A stretch of 64,000 nucleotides of DNA, from assembly GCA_000091205.1 (NCBI GenBank), contig AP006486.2; one strand, given 5' to 3'. Positions 54,874 through 64,000 of this stretch are shown here, piece after piece. Made by a program: the position numbers and the translations under genes. The stretch comes from Cyanidioschyzon merolae (lineage: Eukaryota). The notes below the pieces were generated by a model. It was not told the DNA's origin and made no database searches. It saw only the letters and a list, made by a program, of their open reading frames with translations. Each line of letters starts with the position of its first letter. The first letter of the stretch is position 1.

Positions 54874-57800
54874 CTACATTGTCGCCGCTCGGCAATAGAT
54901 TGATCAGTTGCGTCTGGACGCGCAAGGTCAGCTTCTGCATACACACTACCGAGCCCATTTACTCTTGCAAATAGAATGGTATGTAGCTCGCTCGATTCCT
55001 CAGCTTTCATGGAGCGCGTGGCTTTCGTGAAGCGCAGCTACCAGCATAGCGGCGAGTTCCGGAACACCTGCACCAGCATGCGTATTTGCACCTGATTGTC
55101 CTCCTCATCGATATTCAATAGAAGAAATGTATCTCGTAGATCGGAGGAAGGTCGCGGAAAGAGTTTATGCTGTGACTGCTCGCTTGTGAAAAACGGGCCA
55201 ACTTGTACAAGTCAGTCTTTGTATGGTCAGCAAACGGATGAACACCAGTCTCGATGTCTAAGCCTGTGCATCAGAACCCTAAACCCTACTTGTAAAACGC
55301 TGTCAACGCGAATGTCATGTCGTCGGCCCACTCCTCTCCATAGATGCAATGGGGAGTACCACAACAGAAGCCAGGCGGTTTCAGGTTTCCCCAGCATGGA
55401 TTTCAATCGCGGTGAAGAGACACGGATTCACAAAAAGAAAAAAGCACGCCTCTACGGGGGATTGTCTTGCATTGCACAAAAAACTACCGATTTCGCTCCG
55501 AAATGCGACGGTGTGTTACGTCAGGGAAGGATGCTCGTCGCCATCGATGAGAATTTATTCGGACGACATGCTAGACCTCTGAGTGGGTTCTCGAAGAGGG
55601 GCAAACAGTTGTTCATCCGGCACAGACAACAGAGCATAACGACAATATCAGGCATATCAGCGATTCAAACGTGTGGTCGCCTTTAAAGCGCCAGACGGTA
55701 AAGTTTGCTCAACATCTCATTCTTCGTTGAAACACCTCGTGGCTTCCCCTTCCCAAATAACTCTGTCTTGCTGCCGGACAACGTCGCTGTCTATAACTCA
55801 GAAGCGGTCAATGAGCATGCAACTGCGATTGGCCTTGAGCTGCTGTATCGCTAGCCTAAGCTCACGGGTCAGTACACGAGCCGTTCGCAGTGATCAAACC
55901 GAAGTTGTTCGACAACTCGTTCTGTACTCTATTCACGAGCCTTGAACTGCCGTGTTGCTTGCTGGCTCGCAAACGAGAAAGAGCGAGAAAACGCACTCGG
56001 ATCCGGCGGTATGCGCGCGACGGAAAGCTACTTGTGGATTAGAAAATACGTATGCAGAAAGATGAGCTGGATTCGCTCCATCTAACCAGTGCGTACGAAT
56101 CCGGAAGAACAAAACGAATATAGAGTATAACGACAGCATCCATGTGAACACGCTATGACAATTTGAAGCAGCAGAGAGCAACGGAGAAAGAAGAGCGAGA
56201 TCTTCCCGAAAAGATCACCAGAAAGATCAGGAAGCACATTCTCTTGGAGCGGAAACATGAGTTTGATACGCAACTGGAAAATCCTGCTTAGCAGAACGTA
56301 TGAACCGGGTGAAACTTCCGAAAACTGAAGTGCAGGTTGCCGTTCATCGTAGCGTTCCATCTGTCTAGGGTGACAATTGTGACGCATCTTTCGACTTGAT
56401 GCAAGTCGTTGAGCAACGGGTTGTAAAAGTAACGGACGTAGACCTGCCAGCTGTCCATTTTCCTGTGGAAATTTTGATCGAACATTCGAGCGACGACACA
56501 CCTGATGCTTGGGACAGAAGATGCAACCCGACCAGATCGAATGAATCATGGATGTGCGGAAACGCTGCCAAACATACTTTGACACGTCGATGGGCGACGT
56601 TGATGGTCAGAACGTCAACAGCTCAGGTGCCAACGAATATCAAACAACCTAGAAAATCATATGCCGGTCGATCAAGAGCGCTTCATCAAGCACAACCTGT
56701 AGGCGTGACAGCCTCACCTAATTTGCGCAGAAAAATTGGCACTCATGGAAGGGATTCCTGGTGTGCAGATAGATACGAATGACGAGCTGGCGCCTGAAAA
56801 GGTAGAAATGGTGGCGAGCTCGGAACAGAGGTCGCAACGACAGCCAGAGTCGCTGCAGATCACCCAAGCGTATCGTGTTGCTGTCGACCGCGGATTGACG
56901 CACGTCGTGTCCAAAGAAGAGTTGAGAAGCGATGCGGGCGTGTCTTGCATCTTGCGCTGCCAAGTTTCCGCGGATAGAGACCTCTCGAGCAAAGCAGACT
57001 TGCTTCGCAGAGTCCGGGCGCCCGTGTCTCCTTTAGCGTCTATTCGACGCAATCCGAATTCGACACATCAGGGACCATGATATCACCCTAGACGCTCATG
57101 ATATGGAAGGCCCATGTAGTGAGATGTATTTCGTCTCTGCGAGCAAGGATGCAACATTCGAACGAATTCAGATATTTCAGTGGCGGGACTCCTTCAAGAC
57201 TTTCCGTTTACGGTAAGGAAATGGAGATCACTTTACACGAACGATTGAGACGCACGGCGTATCGTTCTGCATGTGCCTGCTCGAAGTCGGCAAGCCCGGT
57301 CTGCATTGCGTATCGGAGGCCATGTTCAACTGCGCAAGACAGATGGAGAGGTAGGCATCGTCAACGGCAAGCATCCAAAGCTGGTCAACGTTTCTATTGT
57401 ATGCTATTGTAAACAGTCGGGCATAAAACACCCCAGGTCGCATACCACCTACTAAAATGATGGTGTCAGGACGCCTGTCGACACCCTTAGCTCCGTCTCA
57501 GGCGGAGGAGATGCGATGCACGCTTCATCCAGACAGAGTACACGAGCGTCCAAATGGCGTACGCAGACGAGCTTCGCCAGGAGTTCATGCGCCCGTGCTA
57601 GGCTGCCGGAGCTCTCTGAGGTCCGCAGTCAAGATGCATGCATTCACCGAATTCCTTGCATCGTTCGAAATGGAAATAATCTATCTTTCGCGTCCTTCAG
57701 TTGTAGTCCATGACGCTGCACCTACTCTGTCACGCAAGGGCGAGCACTTCTGTCCGTCCGATGGGAGCGCACAACGAGTGTATGAGTCAATGCTTCGAGA

Positions 57801-58598
57801 TTTCCAGTGATGCATTCATGACGACTTTCACGCATCACGAGCGCGGGTGCTCGCTGCATGAGGTAAACAAAAAATGAGCGTTAAACAGAGAGTGATGCAC
57901 GCGATGGTGTACAGTTCGCTGACTGAACGTCAGATAACGAGACAGTCGAAGAGGCGTTGCTTGTCATCGCATGATGCCAACCGCGACCATACGCGCAAGC
58001 ACCTTCAGCACCGAGGCTCTGCGCCTCGGTAGGCATCCGAATATATCTCGTGCTTCCAGAGCGTGCAGTAGTTTTGTTTCGAGCATTTTATCGAGTGAAT
58101 TCTTTAGCACTAAATGTGGGCGTTGTGCTTCAATGCTGCAGACTTGCAGTGAAAAACAACTGTAGCCCGGAGAGTGCAGTGGATTCTCACCTCCAGTACG
58201 GCACTGGTGTGGAACGGTTCAGCAATCCAGCTGCACGCCTGGAACGCCGCACACATGCACCGTGAAAGAATCTCCCAGGGGAATTAGCTGATGATACTAA
58301 TGCTCGGTAATTCGATGGTGCTGAGTATACGAGCACGAGCATCCAAAAAACAATACACTCTTCAAGGGCCTGTATATAACGCAGCTTCCAACGCCGGCAC
58401 TTTGTGTGCGTTATGGCGCACTGAGTCACCGGCCGATGAACCGATCCTTTCGCGTGAGAGAGCTCCCACTAACGCTGACCTCTTCGCTGTGCAGAATATG
58501 CGGCATCGGTGCGTTCTGCTTGACGCACAACCTTCCTAAAGACAATGCATTTCTAGCGAGCGAACCTCTGACGCAGCGCGGGTAAACGCAGTTACGTG

Positions 58599-60332
58599 TC
58601 AGTTGCGTGCACGCATCCGTGCGCTGCTTTCCAACATCATATCTTTGAACGCGTCCCGTGCCGCGTTGACGGCCATCGCATCGAGCCACTTTTTCGGAAT
58701 ATATACAACAGGTTGAAAGTCTATCGTCAGAGACATGTAACAAGCCGGCCGTTGCTGCTGCTGTGGAGCAGCAGCAGCAGCAGCAGCAGTAGCAGCAGCG
58801 CCAACCTCGGACACTGGTCGTATTTCCCAGTTGGCAGCATACCGACGCACGCCTTGGCCGCTGATGAACACGAAATTCACAGCTCCGCGGCTGGGGTATT
58901 CCTCTGCTCGCAGCAGCATTTTCGCTTTCACCGTGAAAATCCACAGCGACCGTGACTGCGTGGTGCGAATCAGAGAGATGCGCCCGTGCTCACCCTGGTG
59001 ACTCTCGACGATTCGACATTGCTCGACGCCTCGGCAAAACTTGCCATAATGTTCATAATCTGTAACGGTTTGAAAGGCGACGGATTCGCTGACACCAGGC
59101 ACAGAGGCGGAGGCGCGTACTCTGCGATGCGTCCCTTCGCTGAGCTCAATCACCGTGTCGATCTCCAGCGAATCCAGAGTTTGCAACCTCCGCTCAGACG
59201 CCGCATCCTCGAGCTCCAATTGAGATTGCCACCAATCCGCTAATGATCCCGTGTACATCACGGGAATGATCTGAAAAGTCTCCCATGGGCCAGCCTGCTT
59301 GCGATCACATCGGACGCTGAAAAAGCCGCTTGGTCCCATCCGCGACTGGTCTGCGCAAAGGAAGCCCCATCGGGATTCGAGTTGAATGATATTGCGTGGG
59401 TATGCACGCACCACAAAGTACTCCGCAGCATGTGGTAGATTTGAATGCGCAATCACATGCTTACCGCAATCATGTGTCGCGAGCAAATATCGACCAGAGA
59501 CATCTCGAATCAGTGCGGTTCGGGACATGTCTGCGTATTCAAAGAAGAATGGCGACGGTTGGACACTCTGAGAACTGCGCTTCGCGCGATGTTCATGATG
59601 CCACGGCAGCGCGACAAGTTGTCCAGTGAAGAGCACTCCGCACCATAACCATCCTGTATCCCTTCCATAATAGTTCCTTGTGCGGATAAATGCCGCGAAT
59701 CGGCAGGTAAGCGTCAAGGAACGCTCGATTCCAAACGTTGGAAGGAGCTCCAACTGGAAGCATTCCCAGCGTTTTGCATGCACTTTGTCTGCCACCACGC
59801 TCCCAGACCTAGGATTCGCTGAAAGGTAACGTGCTCCTACACGAATATATACGACCGCTCGCTGCGCGTCCGTCCCGCCAGCCTCAAAAGCGACGGATAG
59901 GTGTTGGGGGCAGGCGGCCTCATCGTCGTTGGCACCCTGCGGCACGGTGCTTTCCACGGCGGCCTCTATGCGAAGGATTCTCCCTTGGAGGTCGGTGAGC
60001 TTCCAAGGCCCTTCGGCAACCTCAGGCAAGTGCAGCAGCAAAACCGTGGAGTTCACCGCACCACGCTGTCTTTTCAGCGCGCGGAGGCAGCGTTCGTCCC
60101 TGCCTAGCTCAGGGCCTGGAACGGCTGCAAGATAGAGGCCGCGGGTGCAGCGCACCCTGACGGCCAGAACCTGCGACGGGTGCAGTCGATCAGCAGGCAC
60201 AGAGCTGGCGGATTTCTCTCTCCTTTCCTGCGAGGCGCTGAACAGCGAGGCACCTTGCCAGCCCAGGCTTTGCAGCGTTCGCCAGGTGTACCCAAAAGTG
60301 CGCGTATAGTTTTGGAGTGTTTGGAGAAGCAT
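58599..60332 (-). CDS. hypothetical protein (N-terminal beta-trefoil/fascin-like region, C-terminal SRPBCC/START-like region; low confidence)
   Basis: 577-aa ORF. The C-terminal ~150 aa (GEHGRISLIRTTQSRSLWIFTVKAKMLL...VNFVFISGQGVRRYAANWEIRPV...SLTIDFQPVVYIPKKWLDAMAVNAARDAFKDMM) resembles Bet v1/START-like lipid-binding folds. An internal poly-Ala/Gln run overlaps the (GCA)n microsatellite. Confidence 0.45.
   Translation of the reverse strand: MLLQTLQNYTRTFGYTWRTLQSLGWQGASLFSASQERREKSASSVPADRLHPSQVLAVRVRCTRGLYLAAVPGPELGRDERCLRALKRQRGAVNSTVLLLHLPEVAEGPWKLTDLQGRILRIEAAVESTVPQGANDDEAACPQHLSVAFEAGGTDAQRAVVYIRVGARYLSANPRSGSVVADKVHAKRWECFQLELLPTFGIERSLTLTCRFAAFIRTRNYYGRDTGWLWCGVLFTGQLVALPWHHEHRAKRSSQSVQPSPFFFEYADMSRTALIRDVSGRYLLATHDCGKHVIAHSNLPHAAEYFVVRAYPRNIIQLESRWGFLCADQSRMGPSGFFSVRCDRKQAGPWETFQIIPVMYTGSLADWWQSQLELEDAASERRLQTLDSLEIDTVIELSEGTHRRVRASASVPGVSESVAFQTVTDYEHYGKFCRGVEQCRIVESHQGEHGRISLIRTTQSRSLWIFTVKAKMLLRAEEYPSRGAVNFVFISGQGVRRYAANWEIRPVSEVGAAATAAAAAAAPQQQQRPACYMSLTIDFQPVVYIPKKWLDAMAVNAARDAFKDMMLESSARMRARN
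58768..58799. repeat. (GCA)n microsatellite inside the CDS (poly-Ala/Gln)
   Basis: gcagcagcagcagcagcagcagtagcagcagc seen directly. Confidence 0.8.
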
Positions 60333-61059
60333 GCAAGCGAAAGTAAACGAGGATCTTCTGAAAAAGTTAAACTCCGTACAAAGACCCTGAAAAGCGACTC
60401 ATTGGTTAGACAGTCTTCCGCTAAAAGACCCAAGAATATTGGCGCAGTTTATGGAGGATTTATGCGCCTCGCCTCATCGCTGTTTACCGTCCGATACGCT
60501 GGTGCACCGGCATGCTGTCCAGCGAATGCCATTTCATGTCATGCCATATGTTTGCCAGGTTGCTATGCGAAAAAGACCAGAAAAGATCCTTTTCCTAACA
60601 CAATTTACGGGCCAATGCTTCAAGTCAAATTGAGGCACTTGGATCATCGCTGGAGTTTGCCGGCACTTTCGCTAACCAAGAACGGAGTCGTCCTGCCTGG
60701 CGGGGTGCGCTCCCGCACTGCTGCTCTCCGCTCCACCAGCGACATGGAGGCAGTCGTCGCTTCAGGCAAGCGATGGCGGCAGAAGATCGCATACCCGCGC
60801 TTCGAGTCAGCGGGCGGACCCTTCTATACATCACCTGAAATGATGGACAAGAAGCGGCGCCCTTGCATCGTGGACCAAACATATGAGCCACAAACTCCGT
60901 CGAGCAGGGGTAAAGGCGCACGCGTCTGCAGTGCTCGATCCATTTGCGCTATACGGAAGCCAGTGGGCGCATTCTGTTCATTTTACAGTATCGGACGCAC
61001 CAGAAATACAAACAGGGTCAGTTCGATCCATCCATATCGAACAGAGCATACAGCGCATT

Positions 61060-63528
61060 CTAGGTGCAAGACGGACGCCCCGGCACCGATGCATACCATC
61101 GATCAATGAAATCCTGTCGCTCGGGATCTCGAAACTGGAGCGTAAAGAGGTAGATCACAAGGGCGGCAAAAATCCACCGAAAGGGCACGACGGCGATCAG
61201 TAGAGCGCTCACCACAAGCCCATAGATGTACTGGCGGGTTCGTGCGGGATCCCGCCACAGATGGATGCTCTCGAACTTTTCCAAGTGTCTGTTCATGTGC
61301 TGCAACCAGACTTGCGTCGCTACTAGCCCGTGATGGATACGCACAAAGAAGCCGCTGAGGTACGAGGCCTTCATTTTCGAAGATTCGGACAACGATTCAT
61401 GTTTTGGATTCTGCACAGCCTTCCTGACCGATAAAAGAAGGCCGCAGTAACCAAGAATCGCCAGCGGTATCAGGTACGTCACAGCGTCCAGCAGCACAAC
61501 GAAAAGCAGAAAGAGGAAGATTGCAGCGGACACCGCCGGTCGGTCCCAGCGAATCACATAGCAAACAGCATCGAGCATGCAGCCTATGGGGGCCACCAGC
61601 TCTATGAAGGTCGAGATCTGGTTGCCCAGTGAAACTATGTCCAGGGTTTCAGTGTCGCGATCGCCTTGCCTCCGCCGATTTGCCTCCATATTCATGTTCA
61701 CCCGTTGCATTGCTCGAACAAACCACCAGGAGCGTTCACCGGCTGTAATGCGATGAGCAGCATCAACGTATTTCCGAAATGCAGCTCGTCTGAGCTCGCG
61801 GCCGCGCAAGTCATCAACAGACATGGGGTGGTGTTCGACGACCACGTCCGCTTCAGATGCAACACTAAAGATGAATAACGAACGCGGTAGACGTCCGCTT
61901 AATACACGTTTCAGTGCCCTGCTACGCAAAATATTCAACCTAGCGATGCGTGCAAATGCCGGAGTTGGACACTGAACGATTGCCTCGAAGCTTGACGCTG
62001 GCACTTTAACGCCTGCGGTCTGCGCTGTAGTCGAAGCCGCGAGTGATGCGTTCGGCGAGCAGTCACGCATCCGCGAGAGGCGCTGGCCCCGCTGCTGCGT
62101 AACTCCAGGGCTTGCCTCCTCTGCGAATCGCGTCGTCTCTGCCAGATCCAGAGCTTGTCGAAGCCGGACACTCGAGCTCGTTTCGTCTACGCTCATCACG
62201 ATGTTTGCATCAAGGTGATCGACGTGATGTTGCTTGCTCGCTACATGGGCGGCGACCATCTCGCGAATGTACATCACCCACGCATCCCGGAGACGTGTTG
62301 AACGAAACTCGTTAAACGAGAGCACCAAACCTTTGTCGATCGCTCCAGTGGGTAGCAGCTTCGAGAATGGACCGTTGACATTCTTCTCAAGGTTCTTCGG
62401 CACGGTGAAACTGATCACGACAGCATCGCGTCGCAAAACCGGCAACTCAGTGGATTTCACTTCTCGGATCATTGAGAGTGGGACCAAGAAGTGCCCCCAG
62501 CCGAGGCTCGCTGCGAAACAGAGGTATCGCTCCGAGAGAAACAATTTTCCGAAGATCGGTATCGTGCCAGAGTGATCAAAAGCGGCTCCGGCCTTGACCA
62601 GTGGTTCGGCGTGGTCGATTCCGAAAAGGCGTTTCGCCTCAGTCCATTCGGGCTTTGTTTTGGAGAAAATCTTGCCCAGTGCGATTAAGAATTCATCCCA
62701 GACTGCGAAGCTTACATGCGCCTCCGAAGGTTCGCCCTCGGTCAACGTACCGGACGTGAAATCCATGTCACGTTGCTCCAAAGAGACGTTTTGCCTTTCT
62801 GTAAACTTTCCCGTCTTGTCTCCACCGTACATAGAATCTGTGGCTGCCTTTGAGCTTGCCTCTGACAGCGTCTGAAAGACGAGCTCCACAACAGCACTAT
62901 CCGCCACCGGGGTCATCAGAGGCGCATACCGAACGAACTCGGCAAGGTACGCTCGACCTTCACCAGAGCGGTCCATCAGGTTGAACGTCCAGGAGCGCGA
63001 GTTCTGCATAGCCAAGGCATCCCGTTCGCGCAGGGTGCGCATAAGAACGTAGTCTACAAAGTCGCGCGGTGCGTTCAAGCCCAGGTCCTCGAGGAGACGA
63101 GCCCTCGACGGTACCGTGTTTCTGGAGCGACCCTGGACTGGCGCCCCGAGATCTCCATGCTGCAAGTATTCAGCATAAGCGTGTCGCAAACTCTCGAGAC
63201 TGGACTCGAGGAGCTCCGCACAGGCCTCAGCAAGCGCCAACCGCCACTGAAGAGCCCGCGAGTCCGCAGGCCCCTTCGAGGACGGCTCGCTTTCAGCGTT
63301 CGCACGCCAACCAGTCTCGTGGGGTTCTTGTTCACCGCTGGCGTGCTGACTGTGCCCAGAAGAAGGCCTCTTGGATAGGGTTTTCGAAGGAGTCCACAAC
63401 GGAGGCAAGTCACTTGCCATAAACAAAAAGCAGAGCGCTTCGCATATCGACTGCACGTTCAACACCGGCAGGTGTTGTCGATGGAGCGGTGGCGGCTCGG
63501 GGCATGTCGTTCGGGGCACTGCAGACAC
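61060..63528 (-). CDS. GRAM-domain-containing membrane protein (C-terminal transmembrane segments)
   Basis: RLFGIDHAEPLVKAGAAFDHSGTIPIFGKLFLSERYLCFAASLGWGHFLVPLSMIREVK fits the GRAM-domain pattern (G.L.LS...LCF.S....IP...I..I.K). C-terminal hydrophobic stretches AIFLFLLFVVLLDAVTYLIPLAILGYCGLLL. Confidence 0.5.
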   Translation of the reverse strand: MSAVPRTTCPEPPPLHRQHLPVLNVQSICEALCFLFMASDLPPLWTPSKTLSKRPSSGHSQHASGEQEPHETGWRANAESEPSSKGPADSRALQWRLALAEACAELLESSLESLRHAYAEYLQHGDLGAPVQGRSRNTVPSRARLLEDLGLNAPRDFVDYVLMRTLRERDALAMQNSRSWTFNLMDRSGEGRAYLAEFVRYAPLMTPVADSAVVELVFQTLSEASSKAATDSMYGGDKTGKFTERQNVSLEQRDMDFTSGTLTEGEPSEAHVSFAVWDEFLIALGKIFSKTKPEWTEAKRLFGIDHAEPLVKAGAAFDHSGTIPIFGKLFLSERYLCFAASLGWGHFLVPLSMIREVKSTELPVLRRDAVVISFTVPKNLEKNVNGPFSKLLPTGAIDKGLVLSFNEFRSTRLRDAWVMYIREMVAAHVASKQHHVDHLDANIVMSVDETSSSVRLRQALDLAETTRFAEEASPGVTQQRGQRLSRMRDCSPNASLAASTTAQTAGVKVPASSFEAIVQCPTPAFARIARLNILRSRALKRVLSGRLPRSLFIFSVASEADVVVEHHPMSVDDLRGRELRRAAFRKYVDAAHRITAGERSWWFVRAMQRVNMNMEANRRRQGDRDTETLDIVSLGNQISTFIELVAPIGCMLDAVCYVIRWDRPAVSAAIFLFLLFVVLLDAVTYLIPLAILGYCGLLLSVRKAVQNPKHESLSESSKMKASYLSGFFVRIHHGLVATQVWLQHMNRHLEKFESIHLWRDPARTRQYIYGLVVSALLIAVVPFRWIFAALVIYLFTLQFRDPERQDFIDRWYASVPGRPSCT

Positions 63529-64000
63529 CGCCGTGTACTGTGGAGCTGCGAAAACGTACCGGTTCGCGAGTCGCCCTCCCTACAGGTGAATTCTGCTATT
63601 GCGCTAGTCTTTTATGGTGCTGTCTCTCCTACGGAGAGGGGCTCTGCTCTTCGGTACGAGTGCTGCACTAGTCGGAGCAGCGCTTTCGCCCGTACCGGTG
63701 CACAGCGAAGCCCCAGCGGTGCACGGCATCGAGGAAAGCGCAGCAGACGCTGTCACGTTGTTGAACTGGTCGGCAACCCACGCAGTCCATACAAACGCTC
63801 TGTTCGTACCAGAAAGCGTTGATCAAGTTGAACAGCTTGTTGCGGATCGCCACGCAAAGTCGGAGAAACTGAGACCGCTTGGCAGCGCACTGTCGCCAAA
63901 CGCGTTGGCCTTCGAGGCGGGCGGCATGGTAAGCTTGGCTCTTCTGGATAAGATTTTATGGATAGATGAGAAAAAGGCTCAAGTACGCGTGCAATCGGGT

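Noticed and set aside
60180-61109. 309-aa ORF 60180..61109 (+)
   Set aside because: It spans the convergent 3' ends of two minus-strand genes (58599..60332 and 61060..63528). Its composition is Arg/Ser/Ala-rich with no domain. Likely spurious.
1-64000. Possibility that the window is prokaryotic (TnpB-like ORFs, QueE, IF-1, high GC)
   Set aside because: Rab11 with a CCS prenylation tail, the PP6 catalytic subunit, Kae1, OCRL-like 5-phosphatase, a GT-AG spliceosomal intron in PHB2 and a tRNA-His lacking an encoded G-1 all sit on the same contig as the TnpB-like elements. There are no operon-like arrays and no Shine-Dalgarno patterns.

Overview
This is a GC-rich (~57%) eukaryotic nuclear segment with compact, mostly single-exon genes on both strands. 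Recognisable housekeeping genes are Rab11, prohibitin-2 (one 85-nt GT-AG intron), a lumen-type FKBP, a Mut-7/EXD3-like exonuclease, guanylate kinase, an Arc1p/AIMP1-like tRNA-binding protein, an OCRL-like inositol 5-phosphatase, Kae1/OSGEP, a PP6 phosphatase catalytic subunit, an organelle-type IF-1, a bacterial-type QueE and a tRNA-His(GUG). Twin-arginine-like leaders and an IF-1 with an N-terminal extension suggest a plastid-bearing protist or alga, but the host cannot be named from sequence alone. The main non-host content is a family of TnpB-like (Fanzor1-like) RuvC nuclease elements. There are three ~2.4-2.5 kb copies, two of them an inverted head-to-head pair at 1.8-7.5 kb. All three show RuvC-I (GxDPxNTNI), a C-terminal CxxC...CxxC zinc finger and RuvC-III (RDFNAAINIRK), and all are broken by frameshifts or stops. 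There are also three ~0.5 kb internally deleted derivatives, one solo 3' fragment and one more divergent, prokaryote-like TnpB remnant. The conserved 3' ends, including a terminal hairpin, are candidate omega-RNA regions. A ~0.6 kb dispersed repeat carrying an NmrA-like pseudogene fragment and several microsatellites/minisatellites are also present. No CRISPR arrays, rRNA genes or prokaryote-type operons were seen. Coordinates of inferred element ends and intron borders are approximate (+/- a few nt).
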